Assembly (NCBI RefSeq): GCF_009914755.1
Contig: NC_060933.1
DNA length: 64,000 nucleotides
Reading direction: 5' to 3' (one strand)
DNA from: the human T2T-CHM13v2.0 reference genome, Homo sapiens
The notes under the pieces were generated by a model. It saw only the letters and a program-made list of their open reading frames with translations, was not told the origin of the DNA and did not search any database. Position 1 is the stretch's first letter. Every line of letters starts with the position of its first letter. Shown here piece after piece: positions 12,235 to 27,399 of the stretch. The position numbers and the translations under genes were made by a program.

Positions 12235-13000
12235 GTATTTATTTAAAAAAATTGTGGTAAAATTAACGTAACATCAAATTTAACATTTGAATCATTTTTG
12301 AGTGTTCAGTCCAGTGGCGTTAAGTACATTCAGATCGCTGTGCAACCTTCACCACTATCCATCCACAGAACTTATCTTTCAAAACTACAGCTCCGTACCC
12401 CCTAAGCAATAACCCCCTAGTCCTCCATCCCTCCCCACCCCATGGCAACTACCATTCTACTTTCTGTCTCTATGAATTTGACTACCTTAAGTTACTTGTA
12501 TGAGTGGAATCTTACAGTATTTATCTTTTTGTAACTTTTTCACTTAGCAAGTCTTAGAAGTTCATCCATGCTGTTGCATGTCAGAACTTCCTTCCTTTTT
12601 TAAAGCTTAATAACATTCCATTGAATGTAAATACCACATTTTGTTTATGTATCCATCCATTGATGGACACTCTGGTTGATTCCATCTCTGTTGGCTATTG
12701 TGACTTAATTTGTGGCCTAACATATGGTCTATCCTGGAGAATGTCCCATGTGTGCATAAGAAGAATGTGTATTCTGTTGTTGAGTGGAGTGGTCTGCGTA
12801 TGTCTGTTAGATCTAGTTGTTTTCTTGGGTTGTTCAAGCCCTTTAGTTCCTCACCTGTTTTCTGTCTGGTTGTTCTATCCATTACTGAGAGTGGGATATT
12901 GAAGTTTCTGACTGTTATTGTATTATTTCTCCCTTCCATTGTGTCCATTTTGGCTCATGCATTTCAACAGTCTATTATTAGGTTTGTAAATGTTCCTCTT
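12235..13000 (-). mobile_element. L1MB-like element, endonuclease region joined directly to the ORF2 C-terminus/3'UTR
   Basis: ORF 12607-12948(-): NFNIPLS.MDR..RQK...DL.DI...YTFF..HGTFSRIDHMLGHK, then immediately RWNQPECPSMD..INKMWY. Confidence 0.85.
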
Positions 13001-13379
13001 CATTCTTATAGACTCTCTTTGAATGCTGCCTCCTTTGATGCCCCCATCCTTGCCTCCTCCAGCCCTAGTCACTCTCCTCTGTGCTTTCACTGTAACTTGT
13101 ACACACCTCTGTGTACCACATTCTGCTTTACTGAATAATTTACTGGTTGTCTTTCCAGTGAGTCTCAGAGGACACAGAATTTTGTCTTATATATGCTTGC
13201 ACCTCTAGAATCTGGCACAGTTTTTGGCTCACAGTAAGTGTCCAGTGAACATTTGTTGAATAGACCTTTGTTATGGAATGCAATTGTGTTACTCATGTTC
13301 TTCCTGGGGTAAAAATAATTACAGTTGGAAATCCTCAGCATATCCTTGCCATAAGGATAAGGTAAAAGTGCTTATGGCC

Positions 13380-13575
13380 TCCAAGGTGCTTGTTCTTCTC
13401 CCTCATTTGATCCTTGTCACAACCCTATGAGGAGGTTGGGCAGGGGCTTGCAGATTCATTTTACAGACAAGAAAACTGAGGCTCAGAGAGGCAAGGTATC
13501 TTGATAAAGATGAAGATGGTAAGAGGCAGAGCTGGGACTTGAGCCAAGGCTAGTCTGGCTCCTGACCAGGACTCT
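13380..13575 (+). mobile_element. MIR
   Basis: cattttacagacaagaaaactgaggctcagagagg core. Confidence 0.75.
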
Positions 13576-14838
13576 TTTCTCTGTACCCGCTGCCCTTGTA
13601 AGCTCTGTTTGTGACTACCATGGCTGAGATCATGATCTCTGTACATGGGTAAGGTTGAAACTGGGACAAGTGGGAGCTGAGGTCTTTGCACTCTTTTCTT
13701 TTGCAGAATTTCAGGTTTGCCTTTGGAGGTGCTATAAGGAGTTCCAAGTGAATATGTGAGAAACACATCACTCTATCCATTGTAGGATGACGAACACTGA
13801 GTAACTTGCTCAATATGGCACAGGTAGGAGTTGGGGCTCCAGTCTGAGCTTCCTGGCCCTGAGCATAATGTACTCATCATTTGTTCTGACGTATCCTGGG
13901 CTGTCTTGGGATACTTCTGCCCAAGAAGGAGCTTTCCTTATTTTGAATTAAAATCTGCCCGTCGTGTCCACCCTGCCCCCTCCTACCTCTGTCCTCTGGA
14001 GCCCCACAGGGTGAATCTGCCCTCTCCACTCCTAACAACCCTCCAGGGATGTGGTGATATTGACAGCATTCCCCTGAGTTTCTTCTCAGGCTGAATGACC
14101 CCAGTGCCTTCAAGCTTCTCAGCTGCTTTTCCAGGGACTTGAAGTCCAGGACCCTCCCTATTGGGCCACCTCTTCCAGATGTACTCCCATTTGTCCATCA
14201 GCTGAGGCTGAGTGACAGGGAGGCACACACCTCACAGGGTGTTGCTGGGTTGGCAGGCAGAAAGACTGGAGGGGCTCTGATTGTGGCTTCTTTGAATAGA
14301 TGCGCAACTGGCTGTCAGGAGGAGAGTGGAGGGGCAGGAGGAGGAGGAGAAGGAGGAGGAGTCAGCAGTGAGATGGAACAGAAATTGAGGGGCAGGGTTA
14401 CCGTGGGCCTGCTTCTCTGGGAGGCTCCTGTTCAGATCAATCCACCTGGCCCTGTGCTGGTCACGGAGTGAGCCACTTGTAGGGAGAGTGTTGGACATTT
14501 ACAGACCGTTCCCCTTATGTGTTTGGACATGGTGTTTTGCAGAGTCCATATTCTGGCCCTCTAGACTTTGGTTACCTGGAATTCTGTTTATAGCCCTTTT
14601 ACCTCCTGCTCCAAGGATCTTCTAGAAATGGCCAGCTTTGCCAGCCCCTTGGTTGGTTTTGACAGAGCCAAGGGAAAACAAGAACAAGGAATGGCTAGCG
14701 AGGCTCCAGTAGGGCTTTTGGGTTTATTTTCACATAAGCTGATGATAGTAATTGCACTACCTTATAGGATTTTTGAAAGTAAAAAGGTGATGCATAAGTG
14801 CTTTGTGTAATGTGGCTCTGTAAAGGGCAGCTGCCCTT

Positions 14839-15129
14839 GGCCAGGTGCAGGGGCTCATTCCTGTAATCCCAGCACTTTGGGAGGCCAAGCCAGGCAGATC
14901 ACTTAAGGTCAGGAGTTTGAGACCAACCTGGCCAACATGGTGAAAACCCACATTTATATTGTAAAAATACACACACACACAAAAATTAGCTGGGTGTGGT
15001 GGTGCACGCCTGTAATCCCAGCTACTTGGGAGGCTGAGGCATGAGAATAACTTGAACCAGGGAGGTGGAGGTTGCACTGAGTTTGCACCACTGCCCTCCA
15101 GCCTGGGTGATGGAACGAGACTCTGTCTC

Positions 15130-15156
<27 letters not shown>
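14839..15156 (+). mobile_element. AluS
   Basis: Full dimer with long A tail; diverged TSD aaagggcagctgccctt / aaaaggcaactgctctt. Confidence 0.95.
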
Positions 15157-15160
<4 letters not shown>

Positions 15161-18139
15161 ACTGCTCTTATTTTTCATCCTGCTAGGGGCACCTGGTGGC
15201 TCCTAGAGATGTTCTCCTCATGGGACTTTGGGCTTCTGAGTGAGGTGTATCACTCTACGCTTTGAAAGCATTTTGTGGGTTAAGAACTGGATCAGACAGC
15301 GGGACTGGATTTCAGCCCTGCTCTAAGTTTTTGTGTGACCTTGGGCAAGCGCTTTCCTCTCTCGGTGCCTCCATTTTCTCTCCTGTGCCATGAGGAGTGT
15401 GGGTGAGAAGATCTTTGGGGTTCTTCGGCCCCTGAAGCTGGGGGATCTGGGTCATGGCAGGGTGTTACTTTCTGACGCTTTGACTCTTTCTGTGGGGAAG
15501 AGCATCTCCCACAACTTCGCCTGGTGCCAAGTTGGTCTGCTGCTTTTCTAGACAGGCCTCACTAGCCAGCACCTGCTGGAAGTGGGTCTGGAACTGGGAG
15601 TTCCAAGGCCAAGACTGCCTGTTCCCCTTTGCCTGAGGACAGGAGCTGGCACTGCTGCCTCCATGCTACATGCCCTGATGACACCCCCAGGAAAGGGACG
15701 CTGCCTGGATTGCTCTCAGGTTCTCTCCCTGCCTTCCCCAGGCAGCCTGAGCCCTGCCCTTAAGTCATGGGGAGAGTTCAGCATGTCCTCCTATGGCACG
15801 TGGCAAGACGGCAGTAAAACCCAAGCCCTCCTGGAAGGCAGGTGATCCTCACCAACTAGCCAGGCCTGACTCAAAGCCTCGCCTGCCAGCCCTCAAACCA
15901 GCTGTCCTCTGAGTTACTACACAGAAATCATTCTGCGAAGAATGGCTCAGGCAGTGGGAAGGGTCCCCTTACCAGCCCAAGCAGTGAGCATGTCCCTGGC
16001 TCTGGGGCCAAGGAGAGGAATGCAATATCAGCCTGGCACCAAAATGGCCTGAAAGAACAGCTGACTCTCAGTGGGGAAAGCTGAGACGAGGTCCTAAGTT
16101 GAAGGCTGGCCATCAGCCTCAGGACGGGGATTGCTGATGGTCTGACCCAGCGCCAGGGAGAGAGCTGGCTCAGACTTCTGAGGCCTAGCCCCTAATCCCA
16201 CCCTTCACCAGACTGTGTGTGACCTTCACTCAGCTCCTGTCCCTTCCCTGAGCCTTGGCTTCCCCATCTGGGCTGAATGTGATGGTGTTTAGGGAACAAA
16301 TTTTATGGTGTCATTACTTAAAATGTGGGAGCTCTATTTCTTCAGCCTTTAATAGAAGTGTTACTGTGAGGGGTACGTGTATTTCATGTAACTATCTGCT
16401 GGATTCCACGTCTTCCCTCTTCACCACAGTGCCCCTTCCTCACCGAATCCTAAGCTGAGCTAGTACCTACACCCTCGTTTTCTAGAAGGAAAATTACCTT
16501 CATTCTGGATTTTAGGAAATGATATGCTGGACTTTTCAGACTATAGTTGAAAGAGGTTTAGATTAACCAAGGAGATCTTATTTCTTGTTTCAGTTCTACC
16601 AGTGGAGTCTTGAGCTCTTGCCCCTCCTTGACTCAGTTTCCCTCAGAGGTATGAGCTGTTTGAGCCAGGTGATCTTGAAACTTCCTCCCAGTTTTGATTC
16701 AGGGTTTCTAGTTTTCCCTTGGAAATTTAACTCTGCCACCCCCCCCTGCGCCCCACCCCCAGCCTGTGTCTCACAAATGGGTTAAATGGGAACAATTGAG
16801 AAGTGAAACAACTTTGCTATAGACCAGCTCGGAAGGATAATGAAATTCTCAACTTCTGATATGGAAAACTGTTAGAAAAATGCAGCTCCTGCTCCACTTG
16901 TGAAAAATAAAAAAGAAAAATGGTGTTTAATGTCATCTGTCACCCACAGTGGTGAATTTTACAAGTGGTCATAAGCACATTCCCCTCCCCCAACACGCAG
17001 CAGGGGAGGAGGAGGTGTTGGGTAAGCAGGAGCTTTTGGAAAGTGCGTGTCCCCAAACGAAAGCCAGATATCGGGGCCAGGCCTTGCTGGGGTTACCTTC
17101 CCGGTGCAGCCATGATTTATTTCCCGCAGGTCTGGGGACCGTAAGAGGGGATTCCAGAAGCTTCATGTGAGCAGTGAGGACCCAGTATCTTGGGGCTGCC
17201 TGCCAGTAAGGCGACCTCGCTCAGTGCCTGTCGACACCGTCTGCTGATTGGGAGCTGGCCGCGGCCGCCCAGGCCCTCGTGGCCTCTGGGTCATGTGAGA
17301 GACTTGGCAGGAGCCGGTGCTCACTGAATCCGGTATTCGGGTGGAATCTGTGCCACGGAGCTGTCAGCGTGACGGTGTCAGCAGGTTCACCTGCCTGTGC
17401 CAGAGGAAGGGCCACACGCCAGGCAGCCTTCTGGGCCATCCTGTCATCCTGCTCTGCAGCTGACAGAGACACCCACAGTCGCATCACTCAGCCGTTTTGC
17501 TGACAGCCCGGATGTGCCTTTGAACAGCCTGCATTTAGGGTGCTGCGGGAGGAACCCTGCACTCCTGCTGCTGATGAGCTGGGCTCTGCACAGCGAGCAG
17601 GAAAGAAGGAGGAAGAGCTTTCTGGATGTCAAATCTCACGGGAAGATCCACAGAAAATTTGAGGAGTAAAAAGTAAACCAGTCAGCCGAGACTAGATCAA
17701 AGATTCCTCTGTGCCTGACTGCAGACCTGTGGTGACTGAAGAATGCTATCATTCCACAGCAAAAATGGAAAAACACAGCCAGGAGAATCAATCTCATAAA
17801 CCTAATGTCACTTGAGGAAATGTTCTTTATTTTTAGATAAGGAATATTTTTGCAACTTTTTAATGTTGATTCTTTCTCTCTAGAAAACAATGGTGATGTT
17901 AGATGGTAGTTGGTTTTTGAACAGTACCCACTTGACAACCCTATGTACATCCTGTGTAGTTGAAAAAAAGTTTTACTGATTCATAAATTCCAAAAATCTA
18001 GGAACCATTGGACTCTCAGAGGACTCATGGAGAGTGACAGGAGAAAGGGCAGAAGGGCAAGGTTAGATGGTGGAAGGCCTTGCTCTAGAAGCTCTGTGAT
18101 AGCAGGGAACCACACTATGGTAGCCCTGGGTTCTAGCAC

Positions 18140-18645
18140 ATGGGTTGGTAAACTTTTTCTACAAAGGGCCTGGTAGTAAATATTTGAGACTTTTGGACTG
18201 CACTGCCTTTGTGACAACTATTTTTGCCCTCTTGGCATGAAAACCTCCATAGACAATGATATGTAAATAAATATATAAATGAAAAAGTGTAACTGAATTC
18301 CAATTAAACATTATTTATGTATGTATTTATTTTTGAGGCAGGGTCTCACACTGTCACCCAGGCAGGAGTGCAGTGCTGCCATCACGGCTCATTGCAGCCT
18401 CAGCCTCCTGGGCTCAAGTGCTCCTCCCGACTCATTTTCTAATTTTTTTATTTTTAGAGATGAGGTCTCACGATATTGCCCAGGCTGGTCTTGAACTCCT
18501 GGGCTCAAGTGATCCTCCCACCTCAGCCTCCTGAAATGCTGGGATTACAGGCATGAGCCACCAGGACTGGCAATAAAACTTTATTTATAAAAACAGGTGG
18601 TGGGCCTGATTCGGCCTAGGGGTTGTTGTTGGTTGACACCAGTCT
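18140..18645. mobile_element. MER58A split by an AluJ (AluJ ~18325-18570, minus strand, internally deleted)
   Basis: gggttggtaaactttttct..aaagggcc...ataaaactttatttataaaaacaggtggtgggcc flanking an AluJ-type sequence. Confidence 0.8.
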
Positions 18646-19280
18646 AGCGCAACATCTAGTATCTAGTAGGTGTTCAGTAAGTATTTATTGAATTGATATG
18701 AATTGTTTCTAGCAGGCAAAGAGGAGACATTGGAGGTGTGTGAGATAGGATTTTAGAAAGATCGCTGTGGTAGACTGTGTAAGATGGATGGAGGAGGCAT
18801 GAAACAGAGCCAAGGTGCTGGGTAAGGAGTTGTTACAATAGTCCAGGCCTGGGTGGTGAGGGCTCAGCCTGGAGCAGGGCAGGAGAGAAGAAGTGAAGGT
18901 GGGGAAGGGGCTGAGCCTATGTGATAGAGATGCATTTAAAGGAAAAAGGAGAAGCCACTCTGGCTGGAGTTGAAGCCCCATTCCTCAGGCTTTGTTTTCC
19001 ATGCACCAAACCGTGCTTGAAGAACTCAGAGCCCTATTCTGTGTTAAAAAGACAGGCTCTTTCAAACCAGAATTCTGGCTTTCAAGACTGTTTTTGCCAT
19101 GGATTTCAATAACTCACAAGTTGATTCTTTGCTTCCTATTTACATTTCAGCTGTGCCAGAGGCACAGAGGCAAGTCCTGAATGTCTTAGCCTCCTGATTT
19201 TGTTTTAGTAGGACAAGGACTGTGTGTTTAAAAAAATATGAGAATAAAAGTGTACTTCATACTTAAAAAAATATTTTCCT

Positions 19281-19708
<428 letters not shown>

Positions 19709-20042
19709 TCAATTGGGATGTCCAGTAGCATCAGAATTACCACCCAAGTTCACGTGAGCAATGAGTCTGGCAGGGGAGCCTCTGGAGTGAGCTTGGAGAG
19801 AGAGGAACTCTGTAACAGTGAGAAGAGCCAGAGAAGCTGATGTTTAACCTTTGAGAAATGCCAGTGCTTATGGGCAGAAGACAGAAGTCAAGGCAGTGGA
19901 GCAGCCACAGAAATGGGCAGTGCATCAAGATTGGGACATGTAACTGATACCAAGGAAAGAGACATTCTCCAGGGGAGGGACTTGGTTAGAAGCATCAAGC
20001 CCTATAGTTTCTTTCTTTGGTTCACTAATTCTAATTCCTTCA

Positions 20043-20735
<693 letters not shown>

Positions 20736-21339
20736 TTAATCAAGTGAGAAAAAGCAATGCAAATGCAGCTGCGGTTCATTGTAAAGCCTCTCACAACAGT
20801 CTGACTACAGTGTGGCCCTTCGCTCTCCCGTCATCAGGAGGAAGCTGGAGGGAGATGCAGTTCTGTGCACCACAAAGTTGTTCAGAGACGTTTTGGAGGT
20901 ACCAAGTTTCCCATCATCAAGATTGTTCAAGGTTTGCTAGATGACCGTGTGATGGAAATATTAAAAAGGGGATATAAGCCTCAGTTATGACCTTTCTTCC
21001 AATCCTGAGACTGAACCACAAATATTCTGCTTCTACTTCCCTTTCTCTAGGTAGACTCTGACAGCCATGATCATGAATTCTGCTTGAAGGGTGTGGTCCT
21101 AGGAGTGGAAGAATGTTGGGAATAGTCCCGTGCAGTGGGAAGGACACTGAGGGCACAGGCGGAGTCTTGTGTTCTAGTTGCAGCTCTGCTGTTGACCTGT
21201 GGTGAGACCCTGGAGAAATCTTTCCCCTCTCTGGGTCTTAATGTTTCCTTCTGCACCGTGGGAGTGAGACTAAGTGTTCTCTGTGGTCTATTCCAGTGCT
21301 TCTCATTGCTGCCTCTGGGGAAGGACCATTTTTGGGGTT

Positions 21340-21930
21340 ATATCTTTATTGTGATATAATTCACATACCATACAATTCACCTATTTAAAATGTACAATTA
21401 AATGGTTTTTAGTATATTCACAGAATTGTACAACCATCACCATGCTCAATTATAGAACATTTTCATCATCCCCAAAAGAAACCCTTTAACATCAACACCT
21501 TTTTCCATCAACACCTTCACCATCCCCAAAAGAAACCCTTTTCCATCAACACCTAATCCCGTTGTCTCCCTGCTGGCCCTAGGATACTTTCTGTCTCTAT
21601 AGATTTCCCTATTCTGGACCTTTCATATAAATGGAATCATACAGTATGCATTTTAGGTAACTGTCTTCTTTCATTTGGAACAGTTCCAAGGTTCATCCAT
21701 GGTAGCATGTATTGATACTTCACTCCCTCCTATTACTGAATGCTGAGTAATATTTTATTGTATAGATATAACACATTTCATTTATCCATTTGTCAGTTGA
21801 TGGACAGTAGTTTGTTTCTACATTTTGGCTATTATGAGTGAAACTGCTATAAGCATTGGTGTATCGGTCTTTTATGTGGAGGTATGTTTTCAATTCTCTT
21901 GGTAATATACCTAGGAGTGCAACTACTGGA
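21340..21930 (-). mobile_element. L1MB7/8-like 3' end
   Basis: gatataattcacataccatacaattcacc...tttcatataaatggaatcatacagtatg...tatacctaggagtg. Confidence 0.85.
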
Positions 21931-22318
21931 TGATTAATTACTTCTCTGATCTTACATCCTGCCCCACCCCCTCCACACTCCCTGTGCTCCAGTCACAGGG
22001 GGCGCCACCTACTTGTACTTCCAATTCTTCAGCCCATGCTTTTGGAACTCTGCAGTTTTGCCCACACTACTTTTTCCCCTGAGATGTTATTCCCTTCCAT
22101 CATTTGGGGTGCAAGTCTTTTGTGTTACTAAAGGCCCAGCTTAGATGTCATTTTCTCTGCAAAACCTTCCTCCAGTGCTTCCTCTTGTGAAAGCCATACA
22201 ATCCCATGTGCCTCTTTCACAACACTAGGCATTTTCTACCTTGGATTGCAGTTATTTTCTACTCAGGTCTTATTGCCTCTTCTAGACTATAACCTTCTTA
22301 GCTCTATCTGCTTTTTAG

Positions 22319-22620
<302 letters not shown>

Positions 22621-23539
22621 TAGATTTACTTTTATATTCCAAGTGCTTTGCACATAGCAGACCCTGTATAAATGTTTGAATAGTGAGCATTTTGTGTGCT
22701 TTGTTATTGAATTATTTTAAGACAGTAGGTACCTCTACGCTCTAATGGCTCTCAGGGTTGTGACAGCCGTGCACGTCTTCTCAGAATGAAAGCACATTTT
22801 CTGGGCAGCATTTGAGGGTAAGCTGAGCTGCCTTCTCTTCCTTTAGCCCATTTCCCTGGTCTCTAGCCTGACACGAGCATCTCAGACTCTTCCTCATGCT
22901 TCCAGCTAAAATCTAACAAATTACTCTGAAATACAAGGTTATGTGTTATGGATCCTGACTTCTTCGAGCATTGCTTATGACTGAAATTTATAAACAGACA
23001 GCCGTCTTCCTGGATGACCTAACAAATCATATTCCCCTAGAATATGAGCTCAATGAGATGTTTAGAGCTCAATTAGATGTTTAAAGCATCAGATAGTGCC
23101 ATGGACTAGGTGACTTCCTGCCCTATGCAAGGTAGGAGGTGGCCTTGACAAATGGTCATCTGGTCTTAGACTGAACATTTCCAATAACAAATAAATACCT
23201 TCCTCCCAAGGCCCCTTGATGAGTGCGCAAGGTTTCCTTTACATTGGACTGAAATCTTCCATCCTGCAGCTCTCAGCCATCGTGCCCAGCTTGGCACTTG
23301 GGGCACCTCAGTCCACCTCTACTCCCTCGTTCCAGCACAGCCCTTCAAGTTTTGAAAATAGGACTGGGGCTTCTGTGTTTGTTCTTATGCAACCAGAAAG
23401 GCCCCAGTTCTCAACACTTAATAAGAAATAGTAAAAATTATAAATAAAAATCAATAATCATACTTCTGAGTAAAAAAATAAAACCAAAATAGTACAATAA
23501 AAAAGTGACAATATTAAAATTATGGTCTTTAATATCTCA

Positions 23540-23770
23540 TTATCAAGCATTTAGCATGTGCTGGGCATTGTGCCAAGCCCTTAATGTGAATTCACTCTTT
23601 CCACTCTCACAACAACTGTACGAGGTAAGGGCTGTCATCTTTCCCATTTGACTGATAAGGAAATGGACACTCGGAAAGAATAAGTAACTTGATGAAAGTT
23701 ACATAGCTACTGGTGGAGCTACTGAGTGCAGGTGTGTCTTCTTCTTGAGTTCAAGGTCTCAATTCTATGC
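23540..23770 (+). mobile_element. MIR
   Basis: gcatttagcatgtgctgggcattgtgc...ctcacaacaac...cccatttgactgataaggaaa. Confidence 0.65.
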
Positions 23771-24419
23771 ACACAGCCTCACTAGTGGTCCCTGCCATGT
23801 GAATGTGGCCCTTCCCAGGGAGCTGGATGAGGTGGCTGGCCTTGCATTTCCATGGTTCAGTGGGAGGCACATGGGAACGAGAGTCAGGAGTCATGGGTTC
23901 CAATGTGGACACTCCTAGCCTAGGATATAAATCTGCACAAAGCCCCCTTCTTGCTCAAATCTCAGTAATGTAATTCTTAAAATGACTAGGCTAAATTGTC
24001 AAGTTGCTCTCGGCTGTGATTTGGACATTCCAGTCTTCCCTGAATGCGCTACACCCTTTCACAACTCTGGGCCTTTGAGCTTCCAGTCTTATTGCCTGGA
24101 AGTTTCTTCCATCTTCTACTACTGTACTCATCTTTAATAATGACTCATCTTTGAAGAGCTGATTTGAATAGCACATTCTCTATGTAACCTTCCCTGAACT
24201 CCAGGTAAGGTCAGCCTTGCCCCTCCGTGTTTCCTGCACACTTGCACAGGTCTCTGCTCTAGAGCCTGTGATTGTCTCCCGAGATGGACCGTGAACTTCT
24301 CAAGGGCAGAGACTTGTTTGTTCACCACAGTGACCTTAGCACGGTGCTAGCCACGTGGGTCCTTGTTTTTTCAAGGACTCTTGGACTGCCAGTTGTTATG
24401 ACGCCGTTCAGCCTCACGC

Positions 24420-24435
24420 CTGCTAGATGGCGCTG
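24420..24435 (+). promoter_or_regulatory. Candidate CTCF-binding motif
   Basis: CTGCTAGATGGCGCTG closely matches the CC(A/G)(C/G)YAGRKGGC(A/G)(C/G) core, in a locally CpG-retaining stretch. Confidence 0.5.
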
Positions 24436-24949
24436 CAGCCCACCAGAATGGAGCCCGCTGGTCTGCAAAACCACAGGTGCCTCCAGCGGGGGCTTCAGAC
24501 CGCACTGGGAGGTATTTGGCCAGGAGCCCTGGAAAAGCAAAAGTTTTCGTTTTCTCCTTATCGTCTCAGTTTTGACTGCTGCTACTGAACAATGTATCTT
24601 TCGATTCCTTGAGGCCTAGGGAGGTGGAGGTCTCTCCCTTCTTTCCTCTGCCTCCTAGCAGGAGAATTTAGGCTACTCCTTTCCTGTTTGGACTGTTCCA
24701 GGTTGATTTATTGTCCAATGTTCTACCTGCTGATTTTTGTCACGTGTCACCCTCACCTACTCCTCTGAAAAAAAGAGGAAAGATACAATTCAGCACTTCA
24801 TGGCAATATTGCTGACCAAGTGAACTCCTGCCATCTCTATTCCCTTTTACTATTGGCTAACATCTGCTTTGTTTCATTTTTCTGCATCTTCTTTCACTCT
24901 TTTCAGCATCTCACAGCAGCCCACACGTCTTTCTTCTAGCAGAAGGAAG

Positions 24950-25140
24950 GCATTATGGTATAGTGGTTAAGGGCACTGGGGCTGCTCTGACTGGATTTGA
25001 ATCTTGTCTTTGCTACTTATTGGTTCTAGGACTTTGGGCAAATTTCTTAACCTCTCGGTGACTCAGTTTCCTCATTTGTAAAAGGGAAATAATAATAGTA
25101 CCTACGTAAAAGCGTTGTCACGAAGATTCAATAAGTTCTT
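24950..25140 (-). mobile_element. MIR
   Basis: gtatagtggttaagggc...ttaacctctcggtgactcagtttcctcatttgtaaaaggg. Confidence 0.8.
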
Positions 25141-25605
25141 GGTGCTTTACCTTAAAAAGGGTCAATAAACACTAAGTACTACAAATGCTTATTATAGAAC
25201 ATACAATTAGAATTCATTAATTTGTGTTCAATGTACCCCTTATGTTAAGTTGTGAGCCCTAAGAGGTTCACGTTGGGTCTGTCTTGTTCATTGTTGTATC
25301 CTTAGCCCCCACAAGAGTGCCGGGAGTATGATAGAGGCTTCGTTAAAATTTTTGGAAGAACCAAAGTCTGTTCTGTTTCTCCTGTATAATAAAAATGAAA
25401 CAAAATTATGATATATATTGTTTACCCATTTAAATGGTCTAGGATTTAAAATTAATAATACCTAATGTTGCCTGGGGCATAAAATGGATGCTTTCATTTA
25501 TCGCTGGTCTATTATAAAATGGTAGAATTTTTTTGGAAGGCAATTCGACAATATGTGGAAAGATCCTGAAAAAAGTGACTCAGTAAATCAACTGTTAATC
25601 AATCG

Positions 25606-25916
25606 TTCTTTCTTTCTTTCTTTCTTTCTTTTTTTTGAGACAGAATCTTGCTCTATAGCCCAGGCTGGAGGGCAATGGCCAGATCTTGGCTCACTGCAAC
25701 TCCATCTCCCAGGTTCTAGTGATTCTCCCACCTCAGCCTCCCGAGTAGCTGGGATTACAGGCACCTGCCATCATGCCCAGCTAATTTTTGTGTTTTTAAT
25801 ACAGACAGGGTTTCACCATGTTGGCCAGGCTGGTCTCGAACTCTTGATCTCAGGTGATCCACCCGCCTCGGCCTCCCAAAGTGCTGGGATTACAGGTGTG
25901 AGCCACTGCGCCCGGC
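25606..25916 (-). mobile_element. AluS within an old L1ME
   Basis: Full dimer with (TTTC)n tail. Confidence 0.95.
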
Positions 25917-26551
25917 AATTTGTTTTTATCTGAGTGCTCAGACATGCATAAAATTTTAAGTACAAGGGTGTTAATCACAGCAGTATTTATTCTATTAAAA
26001 ATCACCAAGAATTGAAGAGAAACACTGAAATACTTTAATAAATGATGACATGCCCATGTGATGGACTATTATGCAGCCATTAAGTGATCTCTTCTGTGGA
26101 ATAATTAATGACATGGGAAAACATTCCTGATACAAGCTTAAGTGACAAAATTAACAAAACTGGGTATACAGAATGGGCACATTGCTTAACTTCTCTAGTC
26201 TCAATTTCCTTATCTGTAAAATTAAGGTAATAATACTGCCTATCTCATGGCATTGTTACAAGGTTTAAAAAGTATTTTAAAAGGTTTAAATAATTTTATT
26301 AGTTCTGGGCATGTGAATAAGATCTCAACACTTATTAGCTACTGTCATAAAATACATATCAGGAAAACAAGACTGGAAGGAAATATAGCAGAGTGTTAAT
26401 GGTGGTTAATCTCAGACGGTGGGATTACAGGGGTTTTAATTTTTCTTTTTATAAAGCAAAGTATGTGTAAAGCAGCTAATATAGTGCTAGACAATAGTGG
26501 GTGCTCAATAAATGTTAGCTAGCATGATTCTATTTTTCCTTTCTCTCTCCC

Positions 26552-26846
26552 TTTTTTTTGACACAAGGTCTCGCTTTGTCACCCAGGCTGGAGTGCAGTG
26601 GTGCAGTCATGGCTCACTGCAGCCTTAACTTCCTAGGCTCAAATTATCTTTTTTCCTTAGCCTTCTGAGTAGTTGGGATGGTAGGCATGTGCCACCATGC
26701 CTGGTTACTTTTTAATTTTTATTTTATGTAGAGACAGGGTATCTCTATGTTTTCCAGGCTGGTCTCAAACTCCTGGGCTGAAGTGATCCTCCTGCCTTGG
26801 CCTCCCAAAGTGCTGGGATTACAGGTGTGAGCCACCATGCCTGGCT
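26552..26846 (-). mobile_element. AluJ
   Basis: Diverged dimer with ctcactgcagcctt/gggctgaagtgatcctcc. Confidence 0.9.
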
Positions 26847-27399
26847 TCTCTCTTTAATTTTTAGTAATGAACATATATATGTTTTAAAGCTATTTAATAT
26901 AGCAATTATGTTAGTTTTTTGAATTTTTTAACTAATTAAAACCCCCCAACATAACATGTAGTCTATGCCAGGCTTCATGACAACCATTCAAGGCTTATCT
27001 GGCAAGGTAGACTGACTGTGGGCCTTTCCCCTTCAGCTGGGAGCCCAGTATAACCAATTCAGTTCTGTTTGCATCATCTTCTTTTTAAGATTCCCCCAAA
27101 TATTCCTTCCCTATGGCGAATCCTAAGTCATTTTTTAAAATAACATGTTCCTTTTATGACTCAGTAGTTTTCTCTGTTGGCCTTTCTTCCTCAGGCTTTC
27201 CTTTTTCACAACAAATTCCATGACTATCTTAACTGCTTTCCCCCGATTTTATCCCACACCGCACTCTCCTTTCCCATCCAAAACAAATAACAATTCATCT
27301 CTCCCCTGCAAATGAAGTCAAGATTGTTGATAAACATCATTTTTACCTCTTTTAAGTCCAAATAAAAATTAAGTGTATGAGTAAGTTGGGATTACAAAT

